In this document: piece after piece, positions 19,536 to 28,600 of the stretch | Position numbering within the stretch: position 1 is the stretch's first letter | Layout: each line of letters begins with the position of its first letter | Program-made: the position numbers and the translations under genes | NCBI GenBank assembly: GCA_947478395.1 | Contig: CANJVR010000003.1 | Span: 320,001-384,000 of the forward strand | Origin: Opitutia bacterium | Lineage (GTDB): Bacteria; Verrucomicrobiota; Verrucomicrobiia; Opitutales; Opitutaceae | Direction: 5' to 3' | DNA length: 64,000 bases | Notes under the pieces: generated by a model | Told to the model about the DNA's origin: nothing | Databases searched by the model: none | What the model saw: the letters and a program-made list of their open reading frames with translations, nothing else

Positions 19536-20380
19536 AACTTGCCCGATCGGATGCCGATATTTTCACGCCTGACGGCACCGACCCGGTGCGAGCGCTCGCG
19601 CGGACCACGCACCTCTGCATCGGTGCGCATCAGGACGATATTGAGATCATGGCCCACGACGGGATCGCCGCGTGTTTTGGGCGTACGGATAAGTTTTTCA
19701 CGGGCGTAGTGGTCACCAACGGTGCTGGTTCCCCGCGCTCGGGTCGCTATGCCGCGTTGACTGATGCCGACATGCTCGCCGTGCGCCGGGATGAGCAACG
19801 TCGGGCTGCCGCGCTCGGCCGTTACAATCTCCAACTCCAGCTCGCGCATCCCAGCTCCGAGGTGAAAACGCCGGATCACGCGGGCCTCATGGACGATTTC
19901 GCGGCAATTTTTAACGGCTGCGCGCCGGAGGTCGTTTATCTCCATAATCCCGCCGACAAACACGACACCCATGTCGCGGTCTTCCTCCGCGTTCTAAAGG
20001 CCCTGCGCGCGATGCCGCGTGAGCGGCGTCCGCGGCGCGTGCTCGGCTGCGAAGTGTGGCGTGACCTCGACTGGCTGGTCGAGGCCGACAAAGTGGCGTT
20101 GGACACCAGTGCGGAGCCGCAGCTGGCGGTCGATTTGCTAAAAGTCTTCGATTCCCAAATCAGCGGCGGCAAACGCTATGATCTTGGTGCGCTGGGCCGC
20201 CGCGCGGCGAATGCCACCTTTCATACCTCGCACGCGACGGATGTGGCCGGCGCCATGACGTGGGCGATGGATCTTACGCCGCTCGTGGCGGACGAGACGC
20301 TCGACGTACAGGAATTTGTCGCCGCCCACATCGACCGGCTGCGGAGCGATGTGGTGCAGCGAATCGCGGCTCTTAGCTAG
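19532..20380 (+). CDS. PIG-L/LmbE family deacetylase
   Basis: AHQDDIE, TNG, R..EQ, HN..DKHDTH; overlaps the upstream stop. Confidence 0.88.
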   Translation: MKLARSDADIFTPDGTDPVRALARTTHLCIGAHQDDIEIMAHDGIAACFGRTDKFFTGVVVTNGAGSPRSGRYAALTDADMLAVRRDEQRRAAALGRYNLQLQLAHPSSEVKTPDHAGLMDDFAAIFNGCAPEVVYLHNPADKHDTHVAVFLRVLKALRAMPRERRPRRVLGCEVWRDLDWLVEADKVALDTSAEPQLAVDLLKVFDSQISGGKRYDLGALGRRAANATFHTSHATDVAGAMTWAMDLTPLVADETLDVQEFVAAHIDRLRSDVVQRIAALS

Positions 20381-20403
20381 AGGGCTTCGAAAACGTTTTC
20401 TTG

Positions 20404-20503
20404 TTTGTTATGCTAGGCGCAGCGCAGAATCCAGCGGTCGGATGCACCTTTAAAACCGCGGCGTAAAACCAAATGGATTTTTCACGGCGTTCAGCATGAC
20501 AAA
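20404..20503. repeat. Degenerate inverted-repeat element (TGTCATGCTG-type REP-like)
   Basis: tttgttatgctaggcgcagcgcagaatcca ... tggatttttcacggcgttcagcatgacaaa; arms 22/30 complementary by my count. Confidence 0.6.
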
Positions 20504-20547
20504 GACGGAAAATTCGTTTTGAACACCCCTCGGCTCCGAGAATTTTT

Positions 20548-21315
20548 ATGAACTCAAAACTTTTCGATCTCACCGGCCGCACCGCTCTCATCACGGGCTC
20601 GAGTCAGGGTCTTGGCTTCGCGTTTGCGCGTGGGCTGGCCGAGGCGGGCGCAACGGTTGTACTCAACGGGCGCGATGAAAAGAAACTCGCACTGGCGTCG
20701 GCGGAGTTGACGGCGGCAGGGCTTAAGGTGGCGACCGCGGCGTTCGACGTTACGGATGGGGCTGGGATCGAGCGCGCGATCGCCCGCATCGAGGCGGAGG
20801 TGGCGCCGATCGACATTTTGGTGAACAACGCGGGGATTCACCGGCGCGCGCTGCTCGCGGAAATGACCGAGGCGCAATGGCGCGAGGTGCTCGACACGAA
20901 TCTCACCAGCGCGTTTCTCGTCGGCCGACAGGTGGGTCCGCGCATGATCGCGCGCCGGTCGGGAAAAATCATCAACACATGCTCCGTCATGAGTGAAGTG
21001 TGCCGGCCCACGACGGGAAATTACGCCGCCGCCAAAGGCGGGTTGAAGATGCTCACGCGGGCGATGGCGACGGAGTGGGCGAAGCACAATCTGCAGGTCA
21101 ATGGAATCGCACCGGGGTACTTTGAAACCGAGCTGAACAAGCCCTTGGTCGAAAATCCGGACTTTAATAAATGGATTTGCGGCCGCACGCCGGCGGGACG
21201 TTGGGGGAAGCCGGCTGAGTTGGTGGGTACCGTGGTGTTTCTCGCTTCGACGGCGTCAGATTTTGTCAACGGGCAGATCATCTACGTCGACGGCGGATTG
21301 CTCGCGGCGATTTGA
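20548..21315 (+). CDS. SDR oxidoreductase, gluconate 5-dehydrogenase-like
   Basis: TGSSQGLG, NNAG, YAAAKGG, RTPAGRWG, VNGQIIYVDGG; IdnO/Gno-like. Confidence 0.85.
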   Translation: MNSKLFDLTGRTALITGSSQGLGFAFARGLAEAGATVVLNGRDEKKLALASAELTAAGLKVATAAFDVTDGAGIERAIARIEAEVAPIDILVNNAGIHRRALLAEMTEAQWREVLDTNLTSAFLVGRQVGPRMIARRSGKIINTCSVMSEVCRPTTGNYAAAKGGLKMLTRAMATEWAKHNLQVNGIAPGYFETELNKPLVENPDFNKWICGRTPAGRWGKPAELVGTVVFLASTASDFVNGQIIYVDGGLLAAI

Positions 21316-21374
21316 AGTGCATTTGGAGTGAGGGTAACGCGAGTCCGGAGGTCTGAACCTATGGTGTGCCCGAG

Positions 21375-21402
21375 GGAGGGCGCGTTATCCTTGTCGCGCC
21401 GG
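21375..21402 (+). repeat. REP-like repeat family A, copy 3
   Basis: ggagggcgcgttatccttgtcgcgccgg downstream of the SDR gene. Confidence 0.5.
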
Positions 21403-21558
21403 CGGGGCTCAGACCGTTGCAAGATTCTGGGCCGCGCACGACGCGTCGGATTAAGGACCATCAGCCCGACCTACGTTCCGATGGGATTTTTTACTTAAAT
21501 CGTCACCTTACGCCGACGTTGATTCGCACGCCGCAGTTCGTAACGTCGCCTGATCGCG

Positions 21559-22902
21559 ATGCTGAATTTACCGCTGGAGCTTTTGATTTTGGGTCTGCTG
21601 GTGGGGGCCAACGGGCTCCTCGCCATGGCCGAGACGGCGATTGTTTCAGCGAAGAAGACCAAACTCCGGAAGCTGGCGCACAAAGGTGACTTGGGGGCAG
21701 GCAAAGCCTTGGCACTGGCTGAGCAGCCGGCGCGATTCCTGGCCTTGGTGGAATTTTGGCTCACGCTTTCTGGCATGATCGCGGGTGTGCTGGCGGGCGC
21801 GAAACTGGCCTCGCAGCTTGCCGCGTGGTTCGTGGTGGCTTGGCCTGGCCTGGCGTTATGGGCCGACGGCATTGCGCTCGTGGCGGTGACGCTGGGGTTG
21901 ACATCGTTCATGCTACTTTTCGGCGAGCTTGTGCCAAAGCGGGTGGGGCTGGCCCATCCGGAGAAAGTCGCGGCAAGGCTCGCGGGCGCGATGATTGCGC
22001 TCGCCTGGCTGGCGGCGCCGTTGATCAAGCTTTTCGAATTTTGCACGGGCGCGCTCGTCGGCCTGATCGGTCTGAAAAGTCCGCGCGCAGCCGATAGCGT
22101 GAGCGAAGACGAAGTTCGCGCGCTGGTGGAACAGGGTTTGCACGCCGGGGTTTTTCAACGCGCGGAAAAAGAAATGGTCGAGGGCGTGCTCGCACTGGAC
22201 CAATTGTCCGTGACGCGGGTGATGACGCCGCGGCCCAAAATCGTGTTCCTCAACGTCGACGATCCGGAGGAGGCGAACTGGCGGCGGATCGTCACGAGCG
22301 GCCACTCTTATTTTCCCGTCTATCAGGGTAATCGCGACCAGATCGTCGGCATGGTGGCGGTGAAAGCGCTCTGGGCGCACTCGGCCATCGGCCTGCCCAC
22401 GACGTTGAAGAATCTGTTACTGCCGCCGTTGCTGGTGCCGGAGACGCTGAACACGATCCAGCTGCTCGAGCAGTTCAAAAAAACGGGCAAGCACATCGCG
22501 ATTGTGACCGACGAATTTGGTGCGGTCCAGGGGCTCGTGACATTGATCGATGTCCTTGAAGCGATCGTGGGCGATCTGCCGTCGCCGGGCGATCGATTGC
22601 AGCCCGCGGCCACGCAGCGGGAGGATGGCTCGTGGCTGATCGACGCCACGCTGCCGACGGGTGAGTTGAAGACCTTGCTCGCCCTCGATGCCTCGCTGCC
22701 GCACGAGGGCCAGGCCGAATACCAAACCGTGGGCGGCTTTATCGTGACGCAGCTGGGACGGATTCCCGCCGCGGGCGATTTCTTTGAATGGCACGGGTGG
22801 CGTTTTGAAGTCGTGGACATGGATCGGCGTCGCGTCGATAAAGTGCTCGTGGCGCGTGCGCCAACGAGCCGAGCGGTCGAATCGGCAGCAGGAAACCGCT
22901 AG
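21559..22902 (+). CDS. Hemolysin-family CNNM/CBS/CorC transporter (HlyC/CorB-like)
   Basis: AETAIVS, GELVPK, MTPR, CBS pair, DEFG...G.VT..D..E.IVG, CorC domain. Confidence 0.92.
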   Translation: MLNLPLELLILGLLVGANGLLAMAETAIVSAKKTKLRKLAHKGDLGAGKALALAEQPARFLALVEFWLTLSGMIAGVLAGAKLASQLAAWFVVAWPGLALWADGIALVAVTLGLTSFMLLFGELVPKRVGLAHPEKVAARLAGAMIALAWLAAPLIKLFEFCTGALVGLIGLKSPRAADSVSEDEVRALVEQGLHAGVFQRAEKEMVEGVLALDQLSVTRVMTPRPKIVFLNVDDPEEANWRRIVTSGHSYFPVYQGNRDQIVGMVAVKALWAHSAIGLPTTLKNLLLPPLLVPETLNTIQLLEQFKKTGKHIAIVTDEFGAVQGLVTLIDVLEAIVGDLPSPGDRLQPAATQREDGSWLIDATLPTGELKTLLALDASLPHEGQAEYQTVGGFIVTQLGRIPAAGDFFEWHGWRFEVVDMDRRRVDKVLVARAPTSRAVESAAGNR

Positions 22903-22954
22903 TCGGATTTTCCCGACGGTGAAATCTTCGAGAGGCGGCGGCTAATGGCCTGCG
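22894..22954 (+). repeat. Copy of the 15144/15355 arm overlapping the CNNM stop codon
   Basis: aaccgctagtcggattttcccgacggtgaaatc...ggcggctaatggcctgcg. Confidence 0.65.
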
Positions 22955-23182
22955 CGTTAGGAATGGGCCCGCTGATCACGGGCGGTTGTTTTGAAAATGG
23001 CTGGGCTAACCAACCTCCTGAAGGTGAGTTCTGAGGGTGATGAGCTGGAGAGGAATTTTAAGGATTCGCGCGTTGGTAAAGTCCGATGAGCGGTTACTCC
23101 CTCCGTCCGTTGCGAACAACTTGTCGGCAAAAACCCTTTGCCAATCCCGCGCGTGCGGCGGACGGTGAGGTATGGCGGAATC

Positions 23183-24160
23183 ATGCAAGACCACTTCACC
23201 GGCCAGCCCACCTTCATCTGCGGAAGCCTCCTCCCGGGGCCTCAAGAAAGACGCGCTCTTCAACACGATCACGAGCGAAGACTGGCGGCGCTCGCTCGCC
23301 TCGGCGCGACGGCAGCCGAATGCGGTCTCCGCCCGGATCAGGGAGAAACGGACCGCGATCTCGTCCTCCTCGCCGAAGACGAAGTAAGTTTGCTGGAAGC
23401 CTCGGGCCCCGAGTGGGCCAGGCTGGGCGATGCGATTCGCGCACTGCGCGCTCTCCTGCCGGTCCGGACCTTGGAGGATTTTGGATTTCCTTCGGTTGCG
23501 GTGGACGATGCGGAAAATCAAAATCCCCTGGAGGAAACAAATCCGCGACTGCGCCGGATCGGCGGCGGCGTCGAGGCATGGGCGTTTGCGGCCGTGGCGG
23601 ACGGCTCGGCGTATAAATTTTATCTCCCGCGCGAAGGCTCGCGCATCGGCAGCGAATTTATTTTTCGTCCCGGCGACGAAACGATCCTGCGCGCCGAGGC
23701 CGGACTAGGGGATTATCGGGCCCTTCTGGAAAAACTTTTACTGGTGCATGCACTCGGCGGTATGGCGACGGAGGTCGTCGCGGTGACGCCGGAAGGAATT
23801 CTGGTGGCGAAGCAGACGATCGGTGAAACGCTCCCGCAGGGCGACGACGTGTCGCGCGTGCTGCCAGCGGGACTGATCGAGATTCCCTCGAGATTTTTGC
23901 GCGCAAACCGCGATCATCCCAGGCTGTTTTTCTTGGCGACTGGCGCCGCCGGCGAGCCCCAGCCTTATCTCGTGGCGGATTTGCACGCGCGGAATTTCGT
24001 GCGTGGCGTGGACGGCGCGTTGCACGTCATCGATCTCGTCGCGGCACCCTGGCCGGCGGGCGGCGCGGCGCGTGAGCCGTTGGTCCGCGACTGGCTCGAA
24101 CGCGTGCGGCGCGACCCGGCGGCAACGGCGTTGCCTGGCGCGCGCGACGACGAGCTATAG
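23183..24160 (+). CDS. Protein-kinase-like fold protein (resembles polyvalent-protein kinase family)
   Basis: IGGGVEA Gly loop, AYKFY Lys, ADLHARNF catalytic loop, HVIDL. Confidence 0.65.
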   Translation: MQDHFTGQPTFICGSLLPGPQERRALQHDHERRLAALARLGATAAECGLRPDQGETDRDLVLLAEDEVSLLEASGPEWARLGDAIRALRALLPVRTLEDFGFPSVAVDDAENQNPLEETNPRLRRIGGGVEAWAFAAVADGSAYKFYLPREGSRIGSEFIFRPGDETILRAEAGLGDYRALLEKLLLVHALGGMATEVVAVTPEGILVAKQTIGETLPQGDDVSRVLPAGLIEIPSRFLRANRDHPRLFFLATGAAGEPQPYLVADLHARNFVRGVDGALHVIDLVAAPWPAGGAAREPLVRDWLERVRRDPAATALPGARDDEL

Positions 24161-24201
24161 CCGCTGGTTTGCTCTAACCGTAGTTGGCCTGTTCGTGAAG
24201 G

Positions 24202-24236
24202 CCATGGATGGCTTTCAGCCAGCCATCCATGGTTTT
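24202..24236 (+). terminator. Intrinsic terminator
   Basis: 12-bp stem ccatggatggct/agccatccatgg followed by tttt. Confidence 0.65.
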
Positions 24237-24248
24237 GCTGCAGATATG

Positions 24249-24277
24249 AAAAAGCCGGACGCGTGAAACGTCCGGCT
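24249..24277 (-). terminator. Intrinsic terminator of the peroxiredoxin gene
   Basis: Stem agccggacg/cgtccggct with a T-tract on the minus strand. Confidence 0.75.
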
Positions 24278-24306
24278 GAAATTAGGCGGCGTGAGGAGCG
24301 GGGACT

Positions 24307-24816
24307 TTAGCTCTTCACCGTGGCGAGGTAGGCGAGGATGTTCTCGGCCTGCTTGTCGGTGACGCCGACATCCTTGTAGACGATCTTGCCGTCCTTGATG
24401 AGGTAGGCTTCGCGGCTCGCTCGCGCTCGGTCGCCTTGGCCGAAGGCTTGAATAACTTTCTTCTCGGTGTCGGCGAGGAGCGGATACGGGAAATGATTGA
24501 GATCCTTAAACTCTTTTTGTTTTTCGACCGGATCGACGCTTACGCCAACGATGGTAACGCCTTGTTTGGCGAGGTCGGCCGCGGCGTCGCGCAGGGAGCA
24601 GCCCTGCTTCGTGCAGCCGCCGGTGAGTGCTGCGGGGTAAAACCACACCAGCGTATATTTGTTTTTTTTGTAGACGTCACCGAGGTTGAGCGTCGTGCCA
24701 GCGTCAGTGATACTGGATACAACCGGAGCGGTGTCGCCGACCTTCAAAGGATCGGCGGAGGCGAAGGAAAACATGGTGAGGAATGAAGACAAAACGAGTA
24801 GGGGGCGAAGTTTCAT
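24307..24816 (-). CDS. Peroxiredoxin (BCP/PrxQ-like) with signal peptide
   Basis: FYPAALTGGCTKQGCSLRD, GVSVD, FPYPLLAD. Confidence 0.9.
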   Translation of the reverse strand: MKLRPLLVLSSFLTMFSFASADPLKVGDTAPVVSSITDAGTTLNLGDVYKKNKYTLVWFYPAALTGGCTKQGCSLRDAAADLAKQGVTIVGVSVDPVEKQKEFKDLNHFPYPLLADTEKKVIQAFGQGDRARASREAYLIKDGKIVYKDVGVTDKQAENILAYLATVKS

Positions 24817-25643
24817 GGTGGAGCGGACGTTGGACAGCTAATCAGCAAGGCGCAAGCCGGGCAGTGCTTTCGGATCAATAAGTTTAAATCGTTCTCGGGT
24901 GCGACGGGTGGTTTGTGGCCCGCCGGAATCGCGGAGCTGGTTGCGCTGCGATTGGGCAGCGATTTTCGCGCGTTGCTCGTTCACGAAGGCGAGGGGAAAG
25001 TTCGTTCAGCGTGGGCCGCGGCGAATCCTCGAAGGGATTTGAAACAAGGCTGGCTTCAACGGGCTCAATGGCGGCGCGTTGGGTCGAAAGCAGTTTGACG
25101 CGGTCCTTGAGGCCGCGCCGGCTGTTGGCCGAGGGCAGTGAGTTCATCCTCCAAGGCTTTCACCCGATCGTGGGCGGTGAAATTTATGACAGAGGTGCGG
25201 TCGGTCGCTTCGAAGGATGTTGGCAGCGGCGGTACTCAGGCCGGCGACTGGGAGCGATTGATCGATCAGCGATAAGGAAAGTTTTTAAAGTTCACGTTGA
25301 GAATGCCGGCGGCGAGATCGAGGGCCGCGACGTTTATAAAATTATATTAATCAATATATACCGTTACTCAGCCGAACCGGGAATCGACCGTTGCGGCGCG
25401 GGTTAACGTGCGTTGCGCCGGCGCCGGGCGTAGGTTTTAGCGGAATGGCGAGGCGGGCTACGGCCAGCTGAGCCGCCTGAAGGGAGATTTTCGGAACTTG
25501 CGCCGAGGCCGCGGGGACTAAAATGTGTCCGTCCTTGCTGTTGCAACGGTCGTCTCGCCGGGTGGGTTCCAAGCCCTTTCGTGCGTGCGGCTGTCGCTTG
25601 GCTTCGACCCATTTTCCGTTTTCGCCCACCGCTGACCTTTCTC

Positions 25644-28600
25644 ATGTTGTTCTCATTGTCTTCCCGTCTCTGGCAAGTCCGCCTGTTCGCCGTCACGATT
25701 TTCGCCTCGCTGGGCTCTGCGCTTTTGGGGCAGCTCAACCAGCCCTCGGCGGGCGACGGCTTTGACCCCAACGCCAATGGCGTGGTCAACGTGGCCTTGG
25801 CGCAACGCGACGGGAAGATTGTGCTCGGGGGCTCATTCACGACGCTGCGGCCGAACGGCGCATCGGATAATGTGGACCGCAACGCCCTCGCTCGCGTGAA
25901 CACCGACGGCTCGCTGGATTTCGATTTTAATCCGAACGCCAACGGTCAGGTCTACGCCATGGCGCTCCAATCCGCGGGCGCTAATGCGGGTAAGATCATC
26001 GTTGCAGGGGCATTTACGAGTGTCGGTGGCGTGACGCGCAATCGCATCGCCCGCCTCAACACGGACGGCACGGTCGATTCCTCTTTCAACGTCGATCTCG
26101 CCGGCGGGCTCGCGCCCGAGGTGTATGCTTTGATCGTGTTGCCGGATGACCGGATCGTGATCGGCGGCGCCTTCACGACGGTCGGCGGCGTGACCCGCAA
26201 TCGTATTGCGCGGCTCTCCGCCAATGGGGCGCTGGATACGACTTATGATCCCAACGCGAGCGCGGCGGTGTTGAGTCTGGCGGTTCAACGCGACGGCAAA
26301 ATCATTCTCGGTGGCAGCTTCACGTCGTTACAACCAGCCGGAGACTCCTCGGCGACTACGCGTCGTTACCTTGCGCGGTTGAATCTCAACGGCACCGTTG
26401 ATTCGGAGTTTGATCCCAAGCCGGACAACACGGTTAGGACCATCGCGGTCCAGGTCGACGGAGCGATCTTGCTTGGCGGAAATTTCGGCGGTCTTCAGCC
26501 GACCGGCAGCGATGCCGCGATTTCGCGCAGCCGCATCGCCCGGCTCAATCCCAACGGTTCGCTCGACGCTTTTTACGCGCCGAATGCGAACGCCCAAGTC
26601 TCGGCGTTTGCCTTGCAACCAGACGGCCGGTTGCTCGTCGGCGGAAATTTCACGCAGCTGGTTCCGAATGGTGGAGCGACCGTGAGCCGTTCCTTCGTGG
26701 CGCGACTCAATGCGGACGGCACCGTGGACCTCAGCTTTCAGACTTTGTCTAACGCCGCCGTCAACGCGATCGCGCTTCAAACCGACGGCCGCGTGGTCGT
26801 GGGTGGTGCGTTTACGCAGTTGCGAGCGGCCGCCGTCGGTACGGTGCCGGTAAACCGCAATCGCGTCGCGCGGCTCAACATTGATGGTTCGCCTGACACG
26901 GCGCTCGATCCGGCCGCCAGCGGCTTGGTGCTCGTTCAGGCGGTGCAAAGTGACGGGAAGGTCGTCGTCGGCGGCACTTTCACGCTCATGGGCGGATTGA
27001 CGCGCAACTATATTGCCCGGCTGAACACGGACGGAACCGTCGACGGTTCCTTCAGTCCCGCGCTCAACGCCCCGGTCCAGACGATTGGGATCCAGTCCGA
27101 TCAAAAAATCCTGATCGGCGGTACGTTCACGAATATTGGCGGTGTGACGCGCAATTATCTCGCGCGCCTCAACGCCGATGGATCGCTCGACAATACCTTC
27201 AACCCGTCACCCACCAACCAGGTGAACTCGCTGGCCATCCAGACGGACGGTAAAATTATTCTTGCTGGAGCCTTCACGTCGCTATCCCCCGAAGGCGGGT
27301 CTTCAGTCGCGCGAAATCACCTCGCACGCCTCACCGCGGCTGGGGCAGTTGACACGACCTTCGATCCCAACTCGGACTCCGCGCCGAACGTGATCACGCT
27401 GCAAAGCGACCAAAAAATTCTGGTCGGCGGTAGCTTCAACGGCTTCACGCCAAACGGCGGCACCGGCGTCGCGCGGACCAATATGGCCCGGTTGAACACC
27501 GACGGTACGGTTGATACCACGTTCGATCCCCAGCCTAACGGAGCGGTGCTGACCCAAGTGGTACAGGCGGACGGCAAAATCGTGATCGGCGGATCCTTCG
27601 TCGTGCTTAATCCAAAGGGCGGCGCGGGCGTAATTCGTTACTATATTGCCCGGCTTAATGCGGACGGCACACTCGACACGGGCTATAATCCCCGGGCCAG
27701 CGATACGGTCGCATCACTGGCACTGCAAGCCGACGGCAAGGTGTTGGTCGGTGGACTTTTCTCGTTCCTGCGGCCGGGCGATGACGTCGCCAAAAATGCG
27801 ATCCGCAATCGCATCGCCCGCCTCAATGTTGATGGCACGGTCGATACCGGTTTCGATCCCAACGCCGGTGGGCAGGTGGCGACCGTAGTCTATCTTGCAT
27901 CGGGGAAAATTATCATGGGCGGCGGTTTCACTTCGCTGAAGCCCGCCGGGAAAGATTTGGTCTTGGCTCGCAACCGCATCGTTCGGCTCAACAGCGACGG
28001 CACGGTCGACGCGAGTTTTGATCCGACCGTGACCACGCAAAGTGCCGGATCGATCGAAGTCGTGGCGACCCAGTCCGACGGCAAACTGATCGTGGCGGGC
28101 GGTTTCAATAATTTTTCTGGATCGAGGAGCTCGAATCTAGCGCGCTTTGGGACTGGCGGCGATGCCGACGCGACATTCCTGCCGAACGCCGACGGACCGG
28201 TCTCCACCGTGCTGGTGCAGCCCTCGCGGACATCGGTGCCGACGGCGAACGTTTTCGCCTGGTTCAACCCCGACAGCACCCTGCGCGCGAGCTTCAAGAA
28301 TTCCGCTGTCGCTCAGCTTTCGGGCCAGATCAATGCCGTGTTGGCGCAGGCTGACGGCAAGATAATCGTCGCGGGTAATTTCACCAACAAGGCCGGTACG
28401 ACGGGAAATTATCTCCTGCGACTGAAGACCGATGGTACCTTCGATCCGACGTTCAATCCCAGCCCCGCGGGAGAGGTCAACGCCATCGCGCTCCAGTCCG
28501 ACGGTAAACTCGTCATCGGCGGCAGTTTCGATTCCGTCGGCGGCGCGACGCGTTACCGGATCGCGCGGTTGAACACCGATGGGTCCGTCGACACGGGCTA

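Noticed and set aside
24884..25147. 87-aa ORF in the peroxiredoxin/delta-60 intergenic region
   Set aside because: No recognisable motif and GGAGG abuts the ATG; the region with its AT-rich patch (~25333-25360) is more likely regulatory
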